This document shows positions 10,189-18,642 of a stretch of DNA of 37,935 nt, in pieces. A program made the position numbers and the translations under genes. Within the stretch, counting starts at the first letter, position 1. Every line of letters starts with the position of its first letter. The notes below the pieces were generated by a model that made no database searches, was not told the DNA's origin, and saw only the letters and a list, made by a program, of their open reading frames with translations. Source of the DNA: a virus (taxonomy: Duplodnaviria > Caudoviricetes); the IMG/VR virus record IMGVR_UViG_3300036546_000028, positions 1-37,935 of that record. One strand, given 5' to 3'.

Positions 10189-11121
10189 CGAATTGGATTG
10201 CGCCAATTTAGACTATCGCTTCCTCCGAAGAGGCTCTCTCATTTAGTCGTTGCTGGTGCATTGCTAACAGTTGTTCTGCTTTATGGCGTTTAATTTGTAG
10301 GTGTGGAAGGATGTACTTGATGAAGTTCTTACCACTTGGGTTCAGTAATTGCTTACCTCCAAGTGAAAGGCGGTATTGGCTTACATAAGGATTGTTCTTC
10401 CAGAGTCCGTGATACACGTTTCCTCCAAAAGCCTTCTGTATAAGCTCAATTGCGCAAATATCTTGCACATGGAACGTGACAGTAAAAAGTTTTTGTCGCG
10501 CCCCAATATGAAGACACCCGTCTCCATCAGCATAACCAGCCAACCATGCAGCAGAAGGATAGTTCTTAGGTTTCAACGGCCCTGTGTCCGCTCTGGACTG
10601 TTTGAGATTCTGCCGAAACCAAGTGAGTTCTTGCTGTGTATATTTGTTACCTTTTATATCCTTGAACCAGTCATAAGACCGTTTGAAGTGCTGGCCTTTA
10701 ATAATCAGATACTTCATGATACGCGGCAGAAACAATTCAAGCTCATTAGACGCACTTATGCACCAAGAGCATGTACGCGCTCTATTGCCATTTGCTTCTG
10801 TGTAATTAAGCCGACCTAGCTTTGTTTTTTCATGCAACGATGTGATGAGTTTGAAATCTTTATCAATAGACTCAGCTTGCACGATTTTAAAAGTCAGAGA
10901 CGGTCTAAATGTTCCGTCAGAATATTTTGCAGCAGACAAGGAAAGAGAACCGTCTGCATCAGTAAGACCAGCAATATACTTAGCAAGAGTTTCCGTAAAC
11001 AATCTGTTAGCCATAGCATCTACCTTGCACCTTCTGGTGCTGTTTCAAGAGTCTATAAATGCTTCCATCTGGTTCCCTTTCGGGTTCCAGTTATTTAGAG
11101 AGAGTTACGCAGCATTACTCT
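10189..11121 (-). mobile_element. Group I intron (933 nt) in the major capsid gene
   Basis: 5' exon ends in U and intron ends in G. P1 GCGCAGU/GCUGCGU with U.G pair; P10 GUAAU/AUUAC; P3 CUCUCUC/GAGAGAG; P7 GACUA/UAGUC; P8 UUCG hairpin; P9 AAUUGG/CCAAUU. Removal restores the frame (607+374=981 nt). Confidence 0.93.
10208..11014 (-). CDS. Intron-encoded double-motif LAGLIDADG homing endonuclease
   Basis: Two motifs, YIAGLTDADGSL and WLAGYADGDGCL; basic, AT-rich; lies inside the intron. Confidence 0.9.
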   Translation of the reverse strand: MANRLFTETLAKYIAGLTDADGSLSLSAAKYSDGTFRPSLTFKIVQAESIDKDFKLITSLHEKTKLGRLNYTEANGNRARTCSWCISASNELELFLPRIMKYLIIKGQHFKRSYDWFKDIKGNKYTQQELTWFRQNLKQSRADTGPLKPKNYPSAAWLAGYADGDGCLHIGARQKLFTVTFHVQDICAIELIQKAFGGNVYHGLWKNNPYVSQYRLSLGGKQLLNPSGKNFIKYILPHLQIKRHKAEQLLAMHQQRLNERASSEEAIV

Positions 11122-11728
11122 ACTGCGCTGGTTTCACGATGAAGTAACGCTCGTTCTCAGGAACGTCTTTCTCATCGAAAATCTGGTTGGCGTCAAAGGC
11201 CATACCAGCCAGCACCTCACCGTCAGAAGCGGCAGAGGCGTTCTTTACGACGGAGCCGCCGAAGCCTCCTTCGACGGTGGCTGCTTCACGTGCAGCAAGG
11301 ATAGCCACACGGAGGCACTTCTTGTCGAACTCACGTGCCAGAGCAGCACCAAGCTCCTTGGTGTAAATCTGGCGAACGTCATAGTGGTTCTTGGCTTCGT
11401 CCAGGTCGTAGATGAACACATCAGAGATCAGAAGATCGTCGATCTTGATGATGCGCTCTGCGTGTTTGATCTGGTTCTGGCCAAGAATCGGGGTTCCAGG
11501 CGTATGGTAACGGGCAGACGCCTTCCAGGTTGCAGGGAAGGACGCAGATTTACCGTGGTTGATTGTCCTCATCAGGTGGAGGTCTTTCATCACGTTGGTT
11601 TCCTCGAATGCGGTCAGCACTTCACCAGTGAAGACCTTGAGGAACATAGCGTTTTCCTGCTCCCAGGAACCGTCAGTCTGCGCGTTAATCCAGCCAGGAT
11701 TGGAACGGATAGCATCGTTCACTGCCAT
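11122..11728 (-). CDS. Major capsid protein, exon 1
   Basis: ATG at 11728 after AAGGAG; AMFLKVFTGEVLTAF, RTINHGKSASFP, IDDLL, YDVR..Y..ELG.ALA gp10 motifs. Confidence 0.95.
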
Positions 11729-12056
11729 TTGTAGAACTCCTTGTGCGAAAAAGGTGGGATTATGAGGGATGTTTCCCCTCGTGTTTCCACGCTCTTCAGC
11801 GGCAAGTTGTCCGACGCATCGGGCTTGGCTTACTACGCGAGTCACACGTTGAGGGAGTAGTTGCCTTAAGAGGCGTCATAACTTTCCATGCTGAACAAGG
11901 AAAGAAAAGGAGGGCTTACAGGCGTTGCCATGCCTCCCGATGGATTACTTTACATTTGAACAAAAGGACGCTGATTTGCCACGCGGGTTCAGCGTCCGAG
12001 ACCTCGATAGATTCAGTGCCGATAGGCAGTGAATTCACCTGTTATTTAACGATGGA
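11729..12056 (-). promoter_or_regulatory. Structured non-coding leader upstream of the capsid gene
   Basis: Two hairpin+U-tract elements (11959-11997, 11901-11937), a 14-bp direct repeat and further hairpins (e.g. 11803-11827). Confidence 0.5.
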
Positions 12057-12461
12057 TTACTTTTTGAAACGTCCGATGAAGTCTTTAAACAGCCATCGGA
12101 GACCGAACGCAGCCACGATCTGCCCAACGATGGCAAGTTCGAGCCACCAGGGGGATTCTTTTAGAACCCTGAATCCATCCTTCATGTATGGCTGGATTTC
12201 AGGCACGAAGCAGCCGACCAGCATGACGAGGGTGGCGGCTGTCCAGGCTTCGTCAATCAGGCTGTACTCCCGCTGCCGCATGGCCTCGGTGTCCCAGTCG
12301 ATTGCCGCCTCCTGCGCCTTCTCCGCTCTTTTAATGGCGGCTTGTGCGTTCAGCTTCTCGATTTCGAGTTTGGTCTCTTCACGGACTTTCTTGCGCTCAA
12401 CCCATCCTTTTACCGGCGAAGCGATGAGGTCGATGAGGGGTCCGATGAAGGGGATGTTCAT
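12057..12461 (-). CDS. Membrane protein, putative holin-like (3TM type)
   Basis: Coiled-coil N-terminus, WD..A...YSLIDEAW, two hydrophobic segments ending in FGLR and a basic tail. Confidence 0.55.
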   Translation of the reverse strand: MNIPFIGPLIDLIASPVKGWVERKKVREETKLEIEKLNAQAAIKRAEKAQEAAIDWDTEAMRQREYSLIDEAWTAATLVMLVGCFVPEIQPYMKDGFRVLKESPWWLELAIVGQIVAAFGLRWLFKDFIGRFKK

Positions 12462-12466
12462 GTGTC

Positions 12467-13357
12467 TTACCTCGTGGACTGGAAGACATCAGAACGTGCG
12501 ACCTTCTCTTCGACTTCCTTGGTATAGGCGGGGTCTCTGCCGTAACGCGGGTCACGCATTGCATCGACCACTTCCTGAGTGGACCGGAACGCGTCTTTAC
12601 CAGGGGAGCCTTTACTACGGCCACCGACCAGATTGGGGTCGATACCATAGGCAGCATCGTAACGGGCCTTGAGACCAGCGACAGTCATCTTGATGAGGTC
12701 CAGGTCTCCACTGCCCATGATCTTGTCATAGCGGTCCTGTTCAACCTGGGTGAGGTTGGTCTTTGCCCACTGCATAAGCTTGGAGTAACCTTCGTCACCG
12801 CCGACGGTGCCCTTCACTTCATTGATCTGGGCTTCTGCAAGAACCTTACTTTCTGTGTAGTTCTCCTGCGAACCACGGAGGTAGCTGTCCACGATTGCAC
12901 GAGAGATGCCCTGTTCCTCAAGGGCAGCATAAGCCTCTTCAGGGAACTTTCCAGTTTCGTAGTAGCTCTCAGAGAGTGCTTTCGCGTCAATCTTTGCTGC
13001 ATCGAAAAGCTGAGACAGGGCAGTGCCATACGTTTCACGTTCATATGTACGCTGCTCTTCCGTCTTTTCAGCTACGATGAATTTCGGCTGTTCTGCCTTT
13101 TCTTCAGGCTTCTCTTCATGGACATCTTCAGGCTGATCTGCGCCATCTTCCGATGCGTCAGGTGCAGCATCAGGGGCCTTACCGCGCTGACCAAGAAGTG
13201 ACTGGAGTTCCTGATAGGATTTCTCCAGGTCTTCAACACTCTTGAATTTGCCAGCGTAGAGAGTCTCCTCGCCACCCTTCGGGTCTTCGGTAGGGGCGTC
13301 AGGACCAGTCACGTCAGCAGGGATTTCGACGAGATTAGGATTTTCAGTGACAGACAT
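12467..13357 (-). CDS. Capsid scaffolding protein (gp9-like)
   Basis: YAGKFKSVEDLEKSYQEL, VGGDEGY..LMQWA, AMRDPRY..DPAY..EV motifs; start placed at the ATG after AAGGAGG. Confidence 0.92.
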   Translation of the reverse strand: MSVTENPNLVEIPADVTGPDAPTEDPKGGEETLYAGKFKSVEDLEKSYQELQSLLGQRGKAPDAAPDASEDGADQPEDVHEEKPEEKAEQPKFIVAEKTEEQRTYERETYGTALSQLFDAAKIDAKALSESYYETGKFPEEAYAALEEQGISRAIVDSYLRGSQENYTESKVLAEAQINEVKGTVGGDEGYSKLMQWAKTNLTQVEQDRYDKIMGSGDLDLIKMTVAGLKARYDAAYGIDPNLVGGRSKGSPGKDAFRSTQEVVDAMRDPRYGRDPAYTKEVEEKVARSDVFQSTR

Positions 13358-13374
13358 GATCGGTCCTCCTTGCA

Positions 13375-13518
13375 TTAATAATCAACACGGACGGTGCCGC
13401 CAGGGAGCTTGGTCACTGTGCCTTTGGGAGCAGCGGGAGATTTCACACCAGGCTTTGCGGCTTCGATCCTGTTTTCAGTTTTCTGGGTTTCAGTTTCTTC
13501 TTTATTCTTCTTGGCCAT
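13375..13518 (-). CDS. Small hypothetical protein (47 aa)
   Basis: MAKKNKEE...KLPGGTVRVDY; GGAG SD; exactly fills the portal-scaffold gap. Confidence 0.7.
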   Translation of the reverse strand: MAKKNKEETETQKTENRIEAAKPGVKSPAAPKGTVTKLPGGTVRVDY

Positions 13519-13521
13519 GAA

Positions 13522-15099
13522 TTATTCTCCACGCATGGTTTGGTTCATATTGGGGAGCTTACCGTTTGAAGCCATCTGGCTGAACGCCTTGATTGCATCA
13601 GGCCCAAGCTGCTGCATCATGGCTTGCATCTGCATTGTCTGCTCTTGCTGTGCGATCTCTTCCTTCGTCTTGATGAGACCGTCTGTCTCGATACCGTCAG
13701 ACAGTGCCAGACGAGCAGCCGCTTCATCCACGTTGACGTATGTCTTGAGAACGTCAGGCCCCAGAGCCTGGCCCAGTGTCGTGAGGTAGTTCACCAGCTT
13801 GTTCCTGTCGTGACCACGACCAAGAGCTTCCAGTCCGGTTGTGATGGTCGGCTTAACGAGGTCTTTGGGGAGCGCAGGGAGAACACCCTGCTTCTGGAGC
13901 TTGACCATCTTCCGGCGCACATATGGCAACTGGAACTCCTGTGTCAGTATGGAGTAGATGCCACCCAGTGCATCTTCCAGTTCACCCGCCATGTATCTGA
14001 CCTCTTCAGCAGTGACGCGCTCTGCGTTACGTTGGATAGAGGTGTTCAGGAGGAAGGCGAACGACAGACGCTCGGTGAGCATCTCGATTACCTGGAAAGT
14101 GACACGGAAGTCAGGGAACTTGTCAGTACGCAGGATAGAGACGTCATCTGCTCTACCTTCGCGCACTGCACAGTTAGGGGCTTTTTCGATGGTTTTGGCA
14201 CGTGTGGTGCCGTTGGGGTCTACCAGGAAGAGGAGTTTTGCAGCCGCAGCAGAACCTTCGACAATAGCTTGCATGAGTGCTTCAAGCGACTTGAGGTCGC
14301 CGAGATACTCTTCGACATAGCTTCGCCCGTAATCTTCGCCCTCAATACGATTCAAACGCAGCGGAATCCAGGGACATGCATCAAGCGGATACGTACCTGC
14401 TGTGTCAGGAACGCGTTCACCAAGACACTCCTGGTAAACCGTCCACTTATCCTGCTTACGCTGGACGTGGGTGTAGATGGAAAGCGTCTTTGCGCTGCCC
14501 TTCTTATCATTGGTCGTCTTCAGCTTACGTTTGATTTTCTTGTAGAAGTCTTCAGGCAGAGCGTCAGGGGATACCGTCTCATGAACGATTATTTCCAGAG
14601 GGTTCCCCATAGGGTCTCTGCGGCAGACGAAGCGGTCAAGATGAAACACACGGAGGCCATCATCTTCGTCATGGAGCAGGACGTTTCCGCCAACAAGAAG
14701 ATGCTTCAGCCCTTCAAAAACAGAAACGCGGTCAGCCGACGTTTCAATGTCGGACATGACCACGCGCTCCTGTTTTGCAAGTGCCTGTTCAACTTCTGTC
14801 TGCATGTCTTCGTCTACATCAGCTTCGTCGTATGCGGAGTCTGCTATGTTGAGACGGAAGAACGGACTATTGGGAGGGAGAAGTGTGATGAGCAGCTTAG
14901 ACGACAGGTTGTTTACGCCACGCGCACCTATGCCTTGGAAAGGCGTACGCAGCTTTGACGTCCCGTTGTGCCCATCAGGAGGGATTAAGCTCGGAATAGT
15001 GTATTTAGCGCACTCACGCGCACGATTGAGGAAAGGCTCTCTGTCGGTCTCCAATTCCCGATAACGACCTTCGGCAGGGCCGAGGGACGTTTTGGTCAT
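13522..15099 (-). CDS. Portal / head-tail connector (gp8-like)
   Basis: PFQGIGARGVNNLSSKL, EDYGRSYVEEYLGDL, ERVTAEEVR, TGLEALGRGHD motifs. Confidence 0.97.
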   Translation of the reverse strand: MTKTSLGPAEGRYRELETDREPFLNRARECAKYTIPSLIPPDGHNGTSKLRTPFQGIGARGVNNLSSKLLITLLPPNSPFFRLNIADSAYDEADVDEDMQTEVEQALAKQERVVMSDIETSADRVSVFEGLKHLLVGGNVLLHDEDDGLRVFHLDRFVCRRDPMGNPLEIIVHETVSPDALPEDFYKKIKRKLKTTNDKKGSAKTLSIYTHVQRKQDKWTVYQECLGERVPDTAGTYPLDACPWIPLRLNRIEGEDYGRSYVEEYLGDLKSLEALMQAIVEGSAAAAKLLFLVDPNGTTRAKTIEKAPNCAVREGRADDVSILRTDKFPDFRVTFQVIEMLTERLSFAFLLNTSIQRNAERVTAEEVRYMAGELEDALGGIYSILTQEFQLPYVRRKMVKLQKQGVLPALPKDLVKPTITTGLEALGRGHDRNKLVNYLTTLGQALGPDVLKTYVNVDEAAARLALSDGIETDGLIKTKEEIAQQEQTMQMQAMMQQLGPDAIKAFSQMASNGKLPNMNQTMRGE

Positions 15100-15109
15100 T
15101 GATTACCTC

Positions 15110-15340
15110 CTACCCACGAGGGATGTTAAGGCCGTTGCCTCCAGGTTGAGCGAGATTGAGGTCGATGCGCAGGGACTGAGTACCCTTACGCTTGCTGGTC
15201 TGATCCTGACTCTGTGCAGCAGTACGTCCTTCACCTTCTGTCACAGGAGCTTCTGCAACAGGTTCAGGGGGCGGTGCAGCAGGAGCGGGTTCAGGAACTT
15301 TTACAGGTTCTGGAGCTTTGACCTTAGGAGACGAACACAT
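15110..15340 (-). CDS. Small virion assembly protein (T7 gp6.7/7.3 position)
   Basis: MC..PK, Pro/Ala-rich, KRKGTQSLRI; directly upstream of the portal gene. Confidence 0.7.
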   Translation of the reverse strand: MCSSPKVKAPEPVKVPEPAPAAPPPEPVAEAPVTEGEGRTAAQSQDQTSKRKGTQSLRIDLNLAQPGGNGLNIPRG

Positions 15341-15349
15341 TGAATCCTC

Positions 15350-15550
15350 CTATAAAGTGTTTTCCTGCTGTCTCTCAAACTGTTCAATGAGGAACTCTAC
15401 CAGTTGTCTCTTGCCGACATACGTCCATATTTCACGTTCACTGTCTGTTACTTTAGGACACTTAGGTGGAAACCTTGTATCTAAGGCTCTAATAAGTTCT
15501 TCATCTAAGGGAGGGATAACAGGTATTGATTTTTCTTTTACCTTCGCCAT
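15350..15550 (-). CDS. Hypothetical protein (gp6.5 position)
   Basis: LIRALDTRFPPKCP...G.RQLVEFL pattern; first gene after a phage promoter; GAGG SD. Confidence 0.65.
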   Translation of the reverse strand: MAKVKEKSIPVIPPLDEELIRALDTRFPPKCPKVTDSEREIWTYVGKRQLVEFLIEQFERQQENTL

Positions 15551-15560
15551 TACAGCCTCT

Positions 15561-15581
15561 CTTATCAAGTGCGTCTTAATT
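15561..15581 (-). promoter_or_regulatory. Phage RNAP promoter (late/structural)
   Basis: AATTAAGACGCACTTGATAAG, a variant of the repeated 21-mer, at the start of the structural block. Confidence 0.85.
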
Positions 15582-16025
15582 ATTCACACGGTGGATGCAT
15601 TGGTTGGCAGACGCCAGTTGCACACCGTGCAGGACGTAATCTTCCACTTTATGATTCGCGTCGTAACGCCCTGTTTTAACACAAGAACAATAGCGCAGGA
15701 TGCTTTCAGGAACCTCGTCTATTTCCCTGCGTGTGAATAGCCAGACAGGACGAAGGCCCTGAAGGAAAGCCAGAAGCTCCTCCAGGGCCTTGTGATCCTG
15801 GTCCAGCGGTTCACCGCCGAGAACCCAGACAGCCTTGATGAGGTCAGGAAAAGCGTTCACCTTATGCCTGATCTCGTCGAGGATATGGGGTGTGATTGGA
15901 TTTCCCTGGTTGAAATCCCATGTTTCAGGATTGTGACACCCAGGGCAGTGAGGGCCTTTGCATCCGGCGAGGTAGAGTTCCAGCGCGTTATGCTTGAGGC
16001 TGAACTCAGTCGCCAGTATGTTCAT
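15576..16025 (-). CDS. nrdG: Anaerobic ribonucleotide reductase activase (radical SAM)
   Basis: GC....CPGCHNPETW, LGGEPLDQ and SANQ motifs; next to nrdD. Confidence 0.9.
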   Translation of the reverse strand: MNILATEFSLKHNALELYLAGCKGPHCPGCHNPETWDFNQGNPITPHILDEIRHKVNAFPDLIKAVWVLGGEPLDQDHKALEELLAFLQGLRPVWLFTRREIDEVPESILRYCSCVKTGRYDANHKVEDYVLHGVQLASANQCIHRVNN

Positions 16026-16046
16026 ACTACTCCCACGGACAGTCTA

Positions 16047-16226
16047 TTAAAGTCCCCCCCACCACTGTTTCCATCCGTGTTTTGTGAACAGTTTCTCAGT
16101 GATATTAAGGCGTCGCCATCCTTCACCGAAACAGATCAACGGCAGAAACATGATGTAAACAAGTGTGAAACATATGAAGAGAAAGGACCACACTGTCCTG
16201 ATGGTCGCCTTCTTGACTTTCTCCAT
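16047..16226 (-). CDS. Small membrane protein (59 aa)
   Basis: Hand-translated MEKVKKATIRTVWSFLFICFTLVYIMFLPLICFG...WKQWWGGL; AAGGAGG SD; fills the nrdD-nrdG gap. Confidence 0.65.
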   Translation of the reverse strand: MEKVKKATIRTVWSFLFICFTLVYIMFLPLICFGEGWRRLNITEKLFTKHGWKQWWGGL

Positions 16227-16229
16227 TAT

Positions 16230-18146
16230 TTACACCTCCTTGTAGAACTGTCTGTTAGGCCAGTCGTGTTCACGACGTACCTTGTGCCAGTTCTTGGTGT
16301 TCGTCAAGAAGCCGACGACACGTGTGTATTCTTCAACGATCTTGTCCCCACATATTGTACAGAACGGTTCCTTACCAACCGTCATGTGCCCTTGTGCGCA
16401 CTGCTTGAGGGCATAGTTGATGGCCCAGTAGACCACTCCCTGCTTGGCGCAGGATTTGATGAGGTCCACGATCTTCTCAGGGTCTTTGATACGCTCGGCC
16501 ACGTTCAGGTGACAGATGGCACCACCGGAGAAGTGACGGTCGAACAGTCCCTGGAGACGTATTCGGTCTAGCATGTCCGCCTTTACAATCAGTGGTATGA
16601 ACTGGTTTGAGTAGTACGGATGGCCGCAGTCGTAGCCCATCAGTTCATCCTTCGCTGCCAGCTTGATACTGGAGTTCTCGGCAGGAACCTGTTCGCAGTT
16701 GTGTGGCGCATTGAACACGCCTTCCATAGCGTCGTTGGTGGCGTTGATGCACTTGAGTATCTTGAGGACGAACTCCTGCCCTTCATCGGTAAGGATGTCG
16801 TAGCCCATGATCGCACAACACTCGTACAGACCAGTGACACCACAGGTGCTGTACTGCTGCTTCAGGTCCATGAAGCCGAGATCGTAGAGCGGCAGTACAC
16901 CGTCACGGATGCGTTTTGACAGGAACGTGCGCTTGGCGTTGTTTACTCCAGCAGCGACACGTACCAGTGCAGCGAGATCAGCGAAGAAGGTCGATTCATC
17001 TGCTCCTCTCTGCTGTGCCTTCATAGCCAGTCTCGGAAGGTTCAACGTGACCACACCGAGGGAGCCGATCTTGGACGAACCAGCACCGAAGCTGTTGAAG
17101 TATTCGCTCTTGCGGTCTGAGCGCAAACGACAGCAACTTGAGAGCGTGGAACTGGGACCACAGTAGATGTTGATGAAGCCGAACTCGCAGTTTGCTTCGG
17201 CAACCTCTCTTGCGAACTCCTCGTCCTGAATGTTTCCGTCATCGTCCACTGCGAAACAGGCGGTCGTTACAGGAAACGTCAGAGGCGCACGTCGAAGCTC
17301 CTCGTTCATCACCTTGAGGAACTCTTTCTGCACATTCCACACGGTTTCAATGGCCGGAGACTTACCGTCGACGATATACTCCGGCACCATCTCTTTCAGA
17401 AACTCCCTGTCGTAGACACTCACGTTCGTGAAGGGTGACTGGTTTCCACGGAACTGCCAGTTGAGCGTGTAGACCAGTGAGGCCAGCACCTCGTGTACGT
17501 AGCTCCAGGCATCAGCCTGAGTTGCAAAGGTGTAGTGATGGTCACGGAAAGTACCGTCCTCCTGGGACATGTTGTCCACGTACCAGGATATCATGATAAG
17601 CAGATCAGCAAGGCCGGTAGCACCAAGCGTCGAGTTGGCTGCATAGACAGTGAACTGCTCCACCTGTCGGATGAACGCATACAGCGACTTCGGCGGCACA
17701 GGCTTCACCTTGTCGCCCATCTGAAGGCCGCCAAGGGCAATGTCATAGGTCGAATAGTTGAAGCAGTACGGGCGGCCTACGTCCCAGGCATCGTTGATGT
17801 AGATGTCACCAGTGATCTGCATCTCGATGATCTGGTTCGCAGTCTCAAGCCCGTGGGCTTTCTTCAGGTATTTCCAGAGGTTGTAGTAGGAGTTAAGCTT
17901 CTTGAGAGCTTTATCGATCTCGAAGTTGTAGTTGATGACCGACTTGTCAGCCACGTTAGCGTTCGAGTCGATGCTCGTGTCGGCGACAGCAGCGACGTTG
18001 TTGAAGAAGCTCTTCGACGCCTCGTGCATGTCCAGCTTTCCCAAGCCAATACCGTCGATGTCGAACAGTTCGGCAGGATACTTAGCACGAAGGTGCATCA
18101 TCAGGTCGCAGAACTCCTGGGGATATGAGTGTCCAACGTAGAGCAT
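16230..18146 (-). CDS. nrdD: Class III (anaerobic) ribonucleotide reductase
   Basis: QSPFTN, LTFPV, SSCCRL, GSLGVVTLNLPR, QVPAEN, C..GH....C..CG zinc site and YTRVVGFL glycyl-radical loop. Confidence 0.95.
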   Translation of the reverse strand: MLYVGHSYPQEFCDLMMHLRAKYPAELFDIDGIGLGKLDMHEASKSFFNNVAAVADTSIDSNANVADKSVINYNFEIDKALKKLNSYYNLWKYLKKAHGLETANQIIEMQITGDIYINDAWDVGRPYCFNYSTYDIALGGLQMGDKVKPVPPKSLYAFIRQVEQFTVYAANSTLGATGLADLLIMISWYVDNMSQEDGTFRDHHYTFATQADAWSYVHEVLASLVYTLNWQFRGNQSPFTNVSVYDREFLKEMVPEYIVDGKSPAIETVWNVQKEFLKVMNEELRRAPLTFPVTTACFAVDDDGNIQDEEFAREVAEANCEFGFINIYCGPSSTLSSCCRLRSDRKSEYFNSFGAGSSKIGSLGVVTLNLPRLAMKAQQRGADESTFFADLAALVRVAAGVNNAKRTFLSKRIRDGVLPLYDLGFMDLKQQYSTCGVTGLYECCAIMGYDILTDEGQEFVLKILKCINATNDAMEGVFNAPHNCEQVPAENSSIKLAAKDELMGYDCGHPYYSNQFIPLIVKADMLDRIRLQGLFDRHFSGGAICHLNVAERIKDPEKIVDLIKSCAKQGVVYWAINYALKQCAQGHMTVGKEPFCTICGDKIVEEYTRVVGFLTNTKNWHKVRREHDWPNRQFYKEV

Positions 18147-18147
18147 A

Positions 18148-18642
18148 TTACTCCTCGTAACAGGGTTTCAGTTCATGGCACCCACCCCGATACTCGCAGT
18201 TCTTGACCATGCACTTGGCAAGCGCATGGTCTACTTTGGCAATCTCATCGCGCAGTGCAGACATGATACGCTGGACTTCGGGGTGTGCTTTCTTACAGAG
18301 ACGCATACGCGCCATATTGACGAGTGACTGGGCATTGATGAACATACCGTGGTTCACCGGAGTGTTCCGATTTGCTTCACCATTGCCGCCTCTGTCTTCG
18401 CGATTGGAAAGGACGAAGTGTTCTACACCTACCTTATGGCGAACGAGGTGGACGCTGGCGAACGTGGGAATGTCACGGAGTTCGATCCAGAACACCTGGG
18501 TGCGCATAGGACTATGCTCTGCTCGGTACATCTTCTCCAGGCTGACCTTCGATTTCCCACGGAAGGTCATCTCGCAAGCCCGACGCATAAGCATCGCATT
18601 CGTAAGTTTCTTCACTTTGATCTTCACTTTCGTGTTCCTCAC
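18148..18642 (-). CDS. thyX: Short ThyX/Thy1-like flavin-dependent thymidylate synthase
   Basis: EHSP.R, HLVRH......SNR and MARMRLC..AH.E motifs; exact start uncertain. Confidence 0.7.
   Translation of the reverse strand: MRNTKVKIKVKKLTNAMLMRRACEMTFRGKSKVSLEKMYRAEHSPMRTQVFWIELRDIPTFASVHLVRHKVGVEHFVLSNREDRGGNGEANRNTPVNHGMFINAQSLVNMARMRLCKKAHPEVQRIMSALRDEIAKVDHALAKCMVKNCEYRGGCHELKPCYEE

Noticed and set aside
10743-10760. tcattagacgcacttatg, resembling the phage promoter on the plus strand inside the LAGLIDADG ORF
   Set aside because: Only about 9 contiguous matches, lacks the AATTA start and ATAAG end, and lies within coding sequence; probably chance
11120-11122. TAG readthrough or genetic-code reassignment to explain the split capsid gene
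   Set aside because: The TAG is created by the exon-intron junction, and TAG terminates polymerase and primase at their conserved C-termini
11729-11845. N-terminal extension of capsid in the ORF track (GTG at 11845)
   Set aside because: A strong SD precedes ATG 11728; the upstream region looks like structured leader
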